DNA of 30,200 nucleotides from Spirogloea muscicola (lineage: Eukaryota). The position numbers and the translations under genes were made by a program. The stretch covers positions 978,632 through 1,008,831 of the forward strand of contig WELB01000006.1 of assembly GCA_009602725.1 (NCBI GenBank). Direction: 5' to 3'. The notes beneath the pieces are model-generated. The model did no database searches. It was not told where the DNA came from and saw nothing but the letters and a program-made list of their open reading frames with translations. Positions 19,492 to 30,200 of this stretch are shown here, in pieces. Every line of letters begins with the position of its first letter. Position 1 is the stretch's first letter.

Positions 19492-22400
19492 CTAGGGGGC
19501 ATTTGTTACGACTCTACTGCGCTGCCTAAGATCCGCAAGCATTGGGAGCTTGGCGCCGCAACCACCATCTTTCTCTGCGCATTTGCGCCGGCTGCTGTCC
19601 CACACCTTCCCACACCCGCACTGCTTCCTGTACTTGCCGTCATCGCCAAGTACAAGCGCACCGAGCGCCGGCCCTGTATGAGCTGCTCCACCTTCGCTGA
19701 CTCCCGCAGCTGCATGCATGCTTGCTGAAATGGGGCCTTGCTCATCGGCCTCCGAAAGTGAGACCAACGCTTCTTCTTCGAGCTCTTCCATGGCGTCCGG
19801 GTGCTCAGTGGCCTCAGCGGCCTCAGAGGCCTCCATCTTGCTCGAATCCCCCACATTGCTGTCTATAGTGGGCAGCGCAGTGCTGCCCTCGCCATCCTGC
19901 GCCTGCTCGATCCTGTGAAGCCATGAGTAGTCGTTCCTGAGGACAAGCTTATCCGCGGTCTCTTCCTCTTGCAACCACTTGCTGACGGCTGATGCCGGAG
20001 CCGTGAATGTGCCCGGCGAGTCAGCTTCCGTGAATGGGGCTCCGAGATTGCACAGTTCTGCAGCTGCAATGGTCGGTGGGTGGCATGTACAGTTCAGCAA
20101 GGGTATGAGAGATGCAACAACTTGTTTCACAAGTCCTAAGAGATGCCTTAAGATGATCATATGCTTATCCGTGAAGATCAATGGTCGTCCAACCAGTACC
20201 ATGATTAGCACAAAGCCACAGAAGACCCACAGAAGACATAAAGAAGACACAGAGACTGAAGCACGGAGCACGTAGGCACGGGCAACAAAAACAGCCAAGC
20301 TGCATGGCTGCCGTGCGTGACAACAGCAAGTGCGAGCAGGTCATCGCGTTGCTAGTCAGACCAAGTAGCACAAACGAGCCACAGAGGTGCGAGTGTACCA
20401 ACTGCAGCTCGAAGGGGACCCACAGCACCACCTTGCACAGGCTTGCCCTTGCCTGTGCTGATCTCTAGCAACTCTGGCAGGTCACTTTGCCCACGCAAGG
20501 AGCGGAGCCAATTGTAGATAGCCACACGGCCTGCCCCAGTCGATAAGGAAGCCAGCCTCAAGTAGTGCACACCTGCGACCATGGACTTTGAGTGCTATGT
20601 CAAGTCGCTTTATCTTGCAGATTAATTGTTAAGAAGCAGAAAGCAACACATATCAGACAACCATCCATGTAACGAAGACCATGACATGTAGACGCACCAG
20701 CATCAAGATAAGCAAGCAGGTGTTGCGATCTGTGCATTGAAAATCAATTGGTCCTGTTGCATCGTGCTAATTATTGTGCTGACGCAGTAATTTCGAAATC
20801 TTTCAGCAGATACCTTGATCATCAAGCTGGGCAAAGATGCCGGACTCCAGTCCTTGACTGAGCAGGTGCTCTGCTCGTTTCCGCAGGCCAAGGTGCCAGA
20901 GGGCATCCAAGGTGGAGTTCAGCAGAGGCAGAACACTACCGCCATCGACAAGATCCACAATCTGTGCCAGCAGCTGAGTGCTGCTGGTGCCCTCCTCTGA
21001 GGAGGATGTCAGGTATTCATGAAGGTCGGCCGATAGTCGCTTGATGCAAGAGAGGACATGGAGACAGTCCTTGCCCGTCCTACAGAGTGACAGCGACCAC
21101 AGCAGGCACTGCAGAATGAAATAGTCGTTGACGCCAACATCCTGCACCAGAAGACATCAGCATAGCAAGTCAAATTGCAGCAATAAGAGTGCTATCAAAA
21201 GTGCAGTTCTCTATGCCTTTCCTTTCGTAAAGTCCTTATAAGTCCAGGATCTGTCGCAGTTGACTTCACGGATGTCCAAACATAACGAGCACAGGCTGTA
21301 AGAGCCCAACACCTGTGAAAGGCTCGAAACAAGTTCCTTGATGGAGTCGAATCTGTAAGCCCTGGCATAGCCACGCACAATGACTGCGTACAGGGCTCCA
21401 TCAGGTGCAGCTCCAAGTGCCGCGAGGCTTCGCAGCGCTCGACCTACATCTGCATCAGGTGCCAAGGATATGTGCTGAACGTGGACATTAATATGAGCAA
21501 TCCCAGTTAACCGATACTTCCCTTGTCCAAAATAGCATGTAATTGTATACCCCTAAAACCAAAGGCCTGTAACCCCTGATCCCTATTCTGGATCTTTAGT
21601 TGGAGAACCACACTGCTGACCTGGCCTTACGCAAAGCTGGTGAGAGGTACATAAATCACAGAGGCACAAACTTGCACAACTGAGACACAGCAGGTATGTC
21701 ATGAGCGTGCTGCTCTCACTGTGCACTCCTGTTACATAGCCATTGCGAGTCATTGCTACAAATACCACCAACAGGCGCAAGGACTGCTTTGCAATGCATG
21801 AAGCTTTTCTAGCCAGAAGCTAGTACCTGCAGGCCGACCGGCCTCTGCATACAGGCCCGCAAGGGCCCTGTAGGTGCCATCGTTGGGCTTGACCTCCTTA
21901 TCCAGCATCTGCTCGTAGAGCGCAAATGCCTTCTCCAGGTCTCCCTTCTTGACCAACAACCGCAGCGCAGAATTGTAGATGACCACATCACCCCTGACTT
22001 TGAGTTTACTCATGTGCTCCAGGAGGGAGACGGCTTCCTCCGACCTGCCTTGCTTCTCAAAGGCGTGGAAGAGGATGTTAAAGGTCACATGGTTGGGCTT
22101 GACGCCAGCAGCCTTCAAAACCAGCACAGTGCTCTTGTCAGTCTGGGCGTCCATAAATGGCTTTTTCTGCTGATTGGACTGCCTCCATAGGCACCTGGGC
22201 ACTTGAAGCGCCTGCTATACAGATGTATTTACTGAAGCACAAAAGAAGAACGTGCTAGCAGCTTAGCTGGTTGGGCAGGCTTGCTCATCTGATAATCGCT
22301 AACCAGAGACACTGAACAGGAGACTTGACGTACCAGCATCTCGTTGAAGACACGGCTGGCCTGGTGTGTCATGCCCTGCTTGCCAAAGATGTTGATCATG

Positions 22401-24329
22401 GTGTTGAAAGCGATGGTGTTGGGCAGGATCCCTGCCGCCTGCATTTCCCTGAAGGTGGACGTGGCCGCCTTTGGTCGGCCTGCTTTGCCGTACATGTGCA
22501 CCGCCGAACTGCCACCAAGGTGCACAGGTCAGATTGATCTGAGGTCAGGCATTGCACCACCGAAGTATGATCTTTAGCTTGGAGAGCAAGCGAGCCCAAC
22601 ATTCCCCACTCCTTCGTTTGGAAGGTTGTTTCACCTGTATAGGATCACGTCAGGCTTCCAACCAACACGCTTCATCTCTTCAAACAGCCGGAGAGCCTCC
22701 TTGTGCATGCCGGCCATGCCATATGCCGTTGCAGCCGCGGTGTATGTGACCTGGTCTGGCACTAGCCCTGTACACTGCAAAGCTGACGATAGCAACGAAG
22801 GTAAGGGGATGAAGGTGCCCAATCAATCTCATATGGCAACTGGCAGGCATGGTAACAGCAGCGTTTGTCTGCTCGGATCCAGGTGTGTCAAGTACTTCTC
22901 ATGGTGCCGCAGGCAGATCAAACCATGTAGAGTCAAGAGGTTCACTGCAAAGGGCAGCTCATAGGAAGCAATGGTTGGTGCAAAGGAGATGAAGGCAAGC
23001 CACGATGGCACAACAAGACTGACTCAATACCTGCATATGCTGGAACCAATCAATCGCGGACCTGGGCTGGCCAGCCCGGCTGGCTGCTGTCATCAGCGTG
23101 GCATACGTCACATTGTCTGGTTCGCAGTTATCCTCGACCATCTCCTTCAAAAGCTGAGGAAAGAGGAAGCATACCCACACTAATATCTACACTCAGGGCA
23201 GCTTCGCTTCCACGACCTACCGGAAGTTCGATGCAGCTAGCATATTGGACATTTTCAAAGCCTCCTGCAGGTTCTTAGAGCATCATGTCACTGTAATGGC
23301 TTGCTTGACCTCGCTCGAGGACCAGTCATTGTCGATCGCTGGAGTGCGAGCTACCAGCCTTATCTTCAAAGGTGCTTGAATGCTCAACGAACTGGATGCG
23401 ACATGTAGAAGAGAGCGGCTGCAACTGCGATGCTGCACGCGAGGTGGCCGATAGAGGCAAGGTGGAGCACCTCTTCCGCAGCAACGAGCTGCCGGGCTCG
23501 GCACAGGCTGCGCATGACGAAGTTGTAGAGGTACGTGGAGGGCTCGTAGCTCGGCTGCTGCTTCATCCAGGCCAGGAGCTGCAGCGCCTGCACGTGGTCG
23601 TCCTGCTCCTTGATCACCAGCGCCATGTCCTGGCTGCTGATGGCGTCCCGGAAGGGCGCCAGCGACCTGGGGCACACCGGGGGAATGTGGCTGTCTGGCG
23701 GAGGCTCGCCAGGAGCAGTGGCGCTCGCCGCCGCCATTGGCGCTCCGCCGCGAGGCAGCGGAGGTCCAACGAGAGGCAAAAGGCGGCAGCAGCGGTGGCG
23801 GCGGCGGCGGCGGCGAGCACCTCAGGAGGTCGTCCAGGGATGTGCTGCTCCTGGAGGCCTTGAGGATCGCCTGCAGGCGCTTGTTCGGCCTGCCGCTGGT
23901 GCTGCTCACGGTGGGGAGGGCAAGCAGTCGGTGCGTGCAAACCAAAACCAAGTGGTCATAGGAGAGGTCCGCCACCGTAGACGAGCTCGACATAGCTGAG
24001 AGCGCCTCTAGAGACGATGGGAGAGAGGTGCTTGAGTCGCAGCCAGAGGGCCTTCACCTGTGCGGCTGCGGCTGCTGGCGCCACCGGACCGGCGGTGTGT
24101 CCACATTGGGGCCGCCGTCAGCGGCGGCTCTGGTACTCGGCGCGGCCCCCGCAGGGCCCGCCGAGGCAGCCCGCAGAACGGCAGCTGGGGCGGCGGCGGA
24201 GTCGGCGGCGTTGGCGGCGGCGGCGGCGGCGGCGTTGGCGCTGGGGAGGCAACTGCTGCTTAGGANGGCGGCGGCGCCGGCGACGGCGGCGGGGGCGGCG
24301 GCGGCGGGCGCTGGTCGAGAGGGCTGCAT
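19492..24329 (-). CDS. PPR-SMR protein (SOT1/PPR53- or SVR7/ATP4-like), probably plastid-targeted
   Basis: Ala/Ser-rich N-terminus from ATG 24329, spanning the N gap at 24265. P-class PPRs (PSTYLYNFVM, PDNVTYATLM, PDQVTYTAA, GWKPDVILYS, PNTIAFNTMI, PNHVTFNILF, DVVIYNSAL, PNDGTYRAL). SMR domain LRLASLSTGAGRVAIYNWL...LPELLEISTGKG...LGAPFTEADSPGTF...VSKWL. Confidence 0.9.
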
Positions 24330-24471
24330 CGGGAGAAGGGGTTTGGGGCTTCTCCAGCCTGCCCGTCATTCTCGGGCACTCCCGCCAGCACGGCCGGGCC
24401 ACCGAGCTGGCGCAAGTGCGAGCGGCCAGCCTGGCGCTCGTGGGGGCCCGCGGTGCCCGCGTGGCTGCTGA

Positions 24472-25713
24472 CATGGACAGCCGGAGGGGGTGTGCCCAGC
24501 CGCCGTCGCCGCCAGTAGCCGCCGCCGCTCGCCGCCGCCGCCGCCACATATCGCGCTTCCAGCCGACGGGCCCCCGCAGTGAATACAGGAGCGGGGTGAA
24601 TGTGCCTTCCCCTGTCGGGCCCTCGAGCGCTGCGCCCAGCCCTTGAGGGCTCCCGGTCCTTCATCGAGCAACGCTGCGGCACGAGACACACCTCAAGGAG
24701 AGGAAGCTCCTTCGAATGGGGACGGAGAGGCCCAGCTCAATGTGAACAAGATCCAGACAGGCCAAAAGCGCTAACAATGTTGCTATGGGGATGCCTTGTC
24801 GCGCCGAGCGCGAGGCCCGTGGCTGACGTCCAGGCAGCATCGCCTCCCCTTGCTGCGAGTGCTAGATTGGCGGCCCGCCCTCGTCTCTTCTGATGCTTCA
24901 CTTCCACTGAGGCGTGCGACCTCCTTCCTTGCCCCAACAACCACATGGCGGACTCGAGAAGGACGGCCGAGGCGCCATCTGCGGGAGATGCAGAGGCTGG
25001 TGCTTAGGTCTGGCCAGATGTATGCATGGCCTGATAGTTGCACTACGTAGGTAGCCATGGGATGGTAAGTACGAAGAAAGGGAAATGGAAATGCAAAGTG
25101 GGAAGGTCTTACCTTCCACCGCTGTAGTGCAACCATGGGGTACTCTTTGCGCCTATGACATTTGTTGAGGCCTTTGCTCTTGATGCTTTGTAAGGGTCAC
25201 CAGTTGTGACATGCAAGAATGCCAGAGGTGACTAGGCTACCGCTGACTGGCCTCTTGCCATTAGTCACTGTCGTTGACATCGAGCATAGCAAAGACCGTC
25301 CAAAGGGCAACATTGACCATCAAGACCCCTGCGTTCTGCCAAAATGCAGAACCTTGGCATATGATGTAAGAGTGACGACTGTCACGCTTGCATGATGGTG
25401 CGCGTCACATCAAGACGAGCGGGGAGACCTCTTGGCAGCCTCCACTAAGAAAGCGTGGACGATTTGCCACATCAGCCGCTACCAGCATCAGACGACAATC
25501 AGTGCGATTGCTTCCATACAGCTCGGATGCCAGAGCTATTGTTCTCAACGTAGCACAGTGCACGTGGCTAGTAACAAGGTAAATGGGAAGAAGGGGCTTG
25601 AGCTGCACGAAGCTTCTTCTACACCCCAAGGTTGCAGGTGCCAGACAGCTACTATACAGTACGAGAAAATGAGAAAGACGTTCCCAGTGGCTGCAGAAGT
25701 TGTGTCAAGCTAA
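24472..25713 (+). CDS. Possible small hypothetical protein, divergent from the PPR-SMR gene
   Basis: ATG near 24472 in GC-rich sequence. Three phase-2-compatible GT-AG exons (~24833-25006, 25521-25578, 25638-25713) give ...REMQRLVLSSDARAIVLNVAQCTWLVTRCQTATIQYEKMRKTFPVAAEVVSS*. The first junction is unresolved and no family is recognised. Confidence 0.25.
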
Positions 25714-27267
25714 TTGAAAGATTGTGGACAAGAGAAACGTTCCCATTGGCAAGCAGAGGCAAAATTCGAGGCTGTAGTCAACCTGACAAAGTTCTTCTAC
25801 AAGCTGTTGAAGACAGGCATTATGCAGCAGTCTTGCAGCCTTTCTAAGTGGATGGTACTGCAATGTCGTCAGTCGAAGACCTGTCTCTGTCAACAACCTT
25901 GTTACAATTGTCGATCAGGGGACTGGACAATACCAGTACCCGAGATTTCAAGTAGTCCGAGGGATGCTAGTGAAGCTCAAGAGCTTGACAAGCATAAGCA
26001 CGGCATGTCAACCACTGCCGAGCAGCTCCGAGGAAGTCTTCCGACGCTGTACATGTGCTCAACGGCAAGGACTTTATTCGTCACAATGTGTCCACACTGT
26101 GGGTGTCCTAACACTCAAGTATTGAGCAGAAGTTCATGGGGTCCTGCCGCCAGCTCTACAGGCTAGTATTGTCATGCACGGGAGTAGCACAACTTCTAAT
26201 ACCACAAATGACAGCAAACCGTGTAGCCAGCTTGTGGGAACGTCTCAAATACGCAAGAGCCCCACTTAATGAAAACTGCTTGTAAACCTTGACACCGCAA
26301 GTTGGAGTGATCATATGATAGATACATTTCCTCAGGAGGTATCGCTCAGAAGCACAAGACTTGGTCAGAACATGTCCACGTCCAGGCTAGCTTTCATGGC
26401 GAGAGGTGCTTCTTCCAAGCCAGTTACTTCCATCCTAGTTATCTAATATCCTATACTAGATTAGCGCCGAGATGCCTCACAAGGCACACTGGTAAGGTGA
26501 GCTAATGTTCCCGGTGAATAAGTGCGAAAAGCAAGCTACACATTCCTGGGCACTCCAACGAGGGGAATGGAACACCTGGTAGACACTATGGATGTCAAAT
26601 AAATAATTACTTGACCTCATTGTACACGATTTTCTCTGCAGAACACATGGACTGCACTGTCAGCGTGCAGCGCATGCCTTGTTGCCTTGACTCCAAAGAA
26701 TTCTGCTGGACTGGTTTGACAGTACAGATAAATCTGATGCTGGCACACTATTGGGCTACGGAATGTACGACCGTTAATCTCTTACCTTGCTGAAGGATCA
26801 ACCTCGACCCTTCTCATCGTCTTTATTGGCCAGATCAGCTGCGATACAACAGATCCTAAATCAGACTGGAATCCGCGTGCATGAAAGATTCTCTTGATAT
26901 TCTCAATGAGATCAAGCCGATCATTGCGCAACGTGGACAGTGCAGCTTGGATTGCTGGCCTGGACAGTGTTGTACCTTGGTTCTTTGGCTCACGGCAACT
27001 TGGATTGGTCTCAAGGGAGACCTGAAGCTTTTCTGCTTCGCTGGCGTTTTCACACCCTCGAGCTGCCAAAACAGGAGGTCTTTATTAGAAGCACTGAAGA
27101 GCGGATCAAAATCTCACGAGGCAATGGACGTCAGAGTCAAAGTGCATCAGCATCCTGGTCATAGAGTATCAGCAGTCTAATTGAGGACCTGCTCTTTTCT
27201 GTCTGCCAACACCCAAGTTGGTAGAGGAAACTCCACCCTCTGCAAGGAGAGATACTAGGAAGCATAC

Positions 27268-30200
27268 CTGCATGCCAATCTCGCATATTCGCTGGACCAG
27301 AGTGGCCACCTCAGCCTCATGCCGTGCTTTTTCTGCTGCAGCCTCCTGTCGGTACTTTGTAATGCAGGCCTCCATCTCCTTCCTGGCTTGCTCCTTCAAA
27401 GCTAGCATCTCTTCCTTCAATTTCTGAAACTCTTTACATACAAGATCCTCCCGCTCGCCTGCCTCTTGCATGGACCGTTTTAAGTCCTTGGTCATTACCT
27501 CAGAATCCTTCAACTGAGACCTCAGAGCTGCCACCAAGTCTAAGGCTCTTTCAAGCTCACCCTGCAACTCCATGACCTGCTCATGGAAATGGTTAGGCTG
27601 AATCAACATCAAATACATCAAGCATGTCAAGAGTTTCAAGCTTTAAGAGTGATGAGTAGTAAGTCCTGGCTGACGAAGGAAGTGTAGCACATGTTACAGG
27701 ATGCTACCAGGCCATGCACAAACATTCGATAGGAGCCGTTCTTATACCTGATTGCTTAACTCCTGTAGATCCTTCACCAGAGATGCAATCTCGGCCTCCT
27801 GCTTCTCCTTGTCCACGTCCGCCTCCTGCCTCAGCTGTTCGCTTTCCTTGGTCATTCCCACCTTAAGAGCCTGCATCGAGACCTCCATCTCCTGCCTGAC
27901 GCTTCGTTCCTTTTCAGAAGCTTCTTTAGCGTTACTCTGGAATAGTTCGGCAAGCCGTTCAGCCTGCTCCAGCTGCACCAACAGGCTGGCCTCTGCTTTC
28001 ACAGACTCTGCAGCTTGCTCCAGCTTCACACGCAAATCCTGTGCCTGCACAGCACGTCAAACCAATTCTTCTTATAGTGAATTGAGGACTTTCCTTTGCA
28101 CTGCTCCCCATGCGAAGTACATAGATAGCCACAAAGCCAATGCTGGCCGAATGTGGAGCGGCGGAGGTAAGAAGATGACCACGTACAGTTTCCAAAGCCT
28201 TCGTATGCTCCTCAAAACTTATCATCAGCATCGTCTCCCGTTGCTGCTTCAGATGTACAATAGCGGGTGCGTACATCTCCAACCATTTCAGCTCAGCTGC
28301 GTCGCATGCACCTCTTCTGTCTGCTATGTCAGACAGGTCTTTGGCACTTCGGGCGATCATCCTCTGCTTCGACAGCAAAGTCAGGTGCCTCTCCTGAACA
28401 GCATAGATCGCAGAGTCACTTCTCACAACCTGATTAACCTCAGGCAGCAATTTTCAGGCATGCCAAACAATGTGGCGCTGCAGCAGATGGCCATGCCAGG
28501 CGGGAGAAGCACTCCCACCTGCAGCTCAACATACTGTTCAAGAAGCCTTGAATGACCGAGGATAGCAGTAGCTACTGCATCTTTGGCTTCCTCAGCTGAC
28601 CTCCTCTCTGATTCAGCAGTGCTCTGAGATATATCCAGCTGTTCCTTGAGTGCAACTAGCTCAGCAGCTTGATGCTCCACTGTGTTTGCCCAGTCGTCTT
28701 CTCGAGAAGACCATACCTGAGCCCACCAAGCACATGATCCATCTCATGGCTGGAATCTCATTCTAGAGTGCATATGATGCAGTAACAACTATGCATGCCT
28801 TCGTATGCCAGCATGACATTGCCGTGCATCGAGCTCTAGATAACACAGACTTAAGAGATATGGCCAGAGTAGTATGTACTTTTTCATACCTTGTCCATCT
28901 CCTCCCAATGTTGAAGTTCCTCTTCCCACTTCGCCTGCTTCTCCTCCCATGCCTTCTTCTCCTGCTGCAGCGCTTCTACCAAATTGTTCTTTGCATCCAG
29001 ATCTCTAGTTGCGGTTTCCTGACTATTGTCATCCTCTCTTACTGACACCAGACCTCTAGCAGGGGACTGATGGCCATTGAGCTTCTCAAAGTACTGTTGT
29101 GGTGGTGAGCGCTCCTCCTGCAGGAGTCCTTGTGGCTGCCTCATGCGACCAAGTGACCTCCTCGCCAGCACCTGCACGCAGAATGGCCTAAGATGAGCAG
29201 CTCGATGAACGCCTTTAAGAAGCTGTGAAGGTGGACAACCTCAGAACTTCAGAATCTGTGAATCTGGCAGCCTTATACCTGCTCAGGAGTAGCCAACAAT
29301 GTCCGCCTTGCCGCACTCGCGGGCGTACATGGTACTTTCTGGGAGTCAAGTACTGCAAGAAGGTGATGGCGTAGCTCCTGAACCTCCCTTACAAGAGTCT
29401 CTCTATCGCCACCCTGTTGTGCACAAATGACAGTTCATGTTTTATGTGGAGATCGCAGTATATGCGTCCCGTCTTCTGACTTTCAGCATGTGAAGTGCTA
29501 ATAGTGCCAGTCAGCAGACCTCGTGGAAGGCCTTCAGCTCTTCGTGTTCCTGATGCAGACGCTGGAGCTCAAGTTTTAGCCTTGCAATGTCGGGATGATT
29601 GTCCAGCTTTTCTTCCAGGACCTGCCACACGCAGTAGAAAGATCTGTAGGCGCTAACGCTCAAGATTTAGGTAGCTTAACAAGCGCCACAGCTAGAAGCT
29701 CGCCAAGGAAGGCCATGGGACCCTGACAAGCACTGTCACACTCAGGGCGGAGCTTGTTACCTTGCGTTCGAAGAGCATCGCGGACCATTCCTGGGCTAGG
29801 AAAGTAGATGTAGGTATAAGGTTATCTGCGACAGCTTCTAGGCGCGCAATCTTCTCCTCCCTGGCCTGCTGCAGGACGGCAGTGCTGTCCCGGTCTTGCT
29901 TGTATCGCTGCACCTGCAGCCGTGTCGTCCGAGAAGAAGCCGACAGAGCAAACTCTTCAGTGCGTCAGAACAACACTGATGGTGCACAGTGTGTCGCGTC
30001 GAGCGTAGTGTGTCGCGGAAGCGGCCCGCAGTGCGCCGTTGAACGGAAGCAGTGGCGATGATGGCAGCAGGCTGAAGCGCACCACGAGGCTCAGCTGCTC
30101 GATCTCGGCGGCGGCGCGGCGGAGCTCCTCCTCCACGGCGCGCTCCCGGCGCAGCGCCGCCTGCAGCGGGCCCGCGGCTGCGCCAGCGCCGCCCGGCGCG
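27268..30200 (-). CDS. Kinesin-12 (PAKRP1/KIN12A-B-like) stalk and tail; motor domain lies beyond the right edge; 3' end uncertain (may extend to ~26600)
   Basis: LQAALRRERAVEEELRRAAAEIEQLSLV, AREEKIARLE...KLDNHPDIARLKLELQRL (kinesin-12 REDKI segment), and AILGHSRLLEQYVELQERHLTLLSKQR...AELKWL...EASLLVQLEQAE (plant kinesin-related tail), spread over multiple GT-AG exons. Confidence 0.85.

Overview
Eukaryotic, intron-rich, gene-dense nuclear DNA. The land-plant-type gene families and very GC-rich 5' exons suggest a streptophyte alga or early-diverging plant (inference). Three single-N gaps lie at 1648, 17957 and 24265. Spliced genes reconstructed by hand, in order: the 5' part of a GALS-like GT92 glycosyltransferase (-); a ~3.2 kb nest of decayed CRE-like (RLE-endonuclease) non-LTR retrotransposon 3' ends sharing a hairpin-bearing 3' UTR; a peptidase S28 (-) head-to-head with a Cof-type HAD hydrolase (+); a 12-exon gene (-) fusing RI-type leucine-rich repeats to a full-length uracil-DNA-glycosylase (UNG) fold whose catalytic motifs are replaced; partial SUMO (+); partial SEC13 (+); a SOT1/SVR7-like PPR-SMR gene (-) with an extra Cys-rich tail; a possible small unknown gene (+); and the C-terminal half of a PAKRP1-like kinesin-12 (-). 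The most striking item is the LRR/pseudo-UNG fusion. All family calls come from recalled motifs, not database searches.
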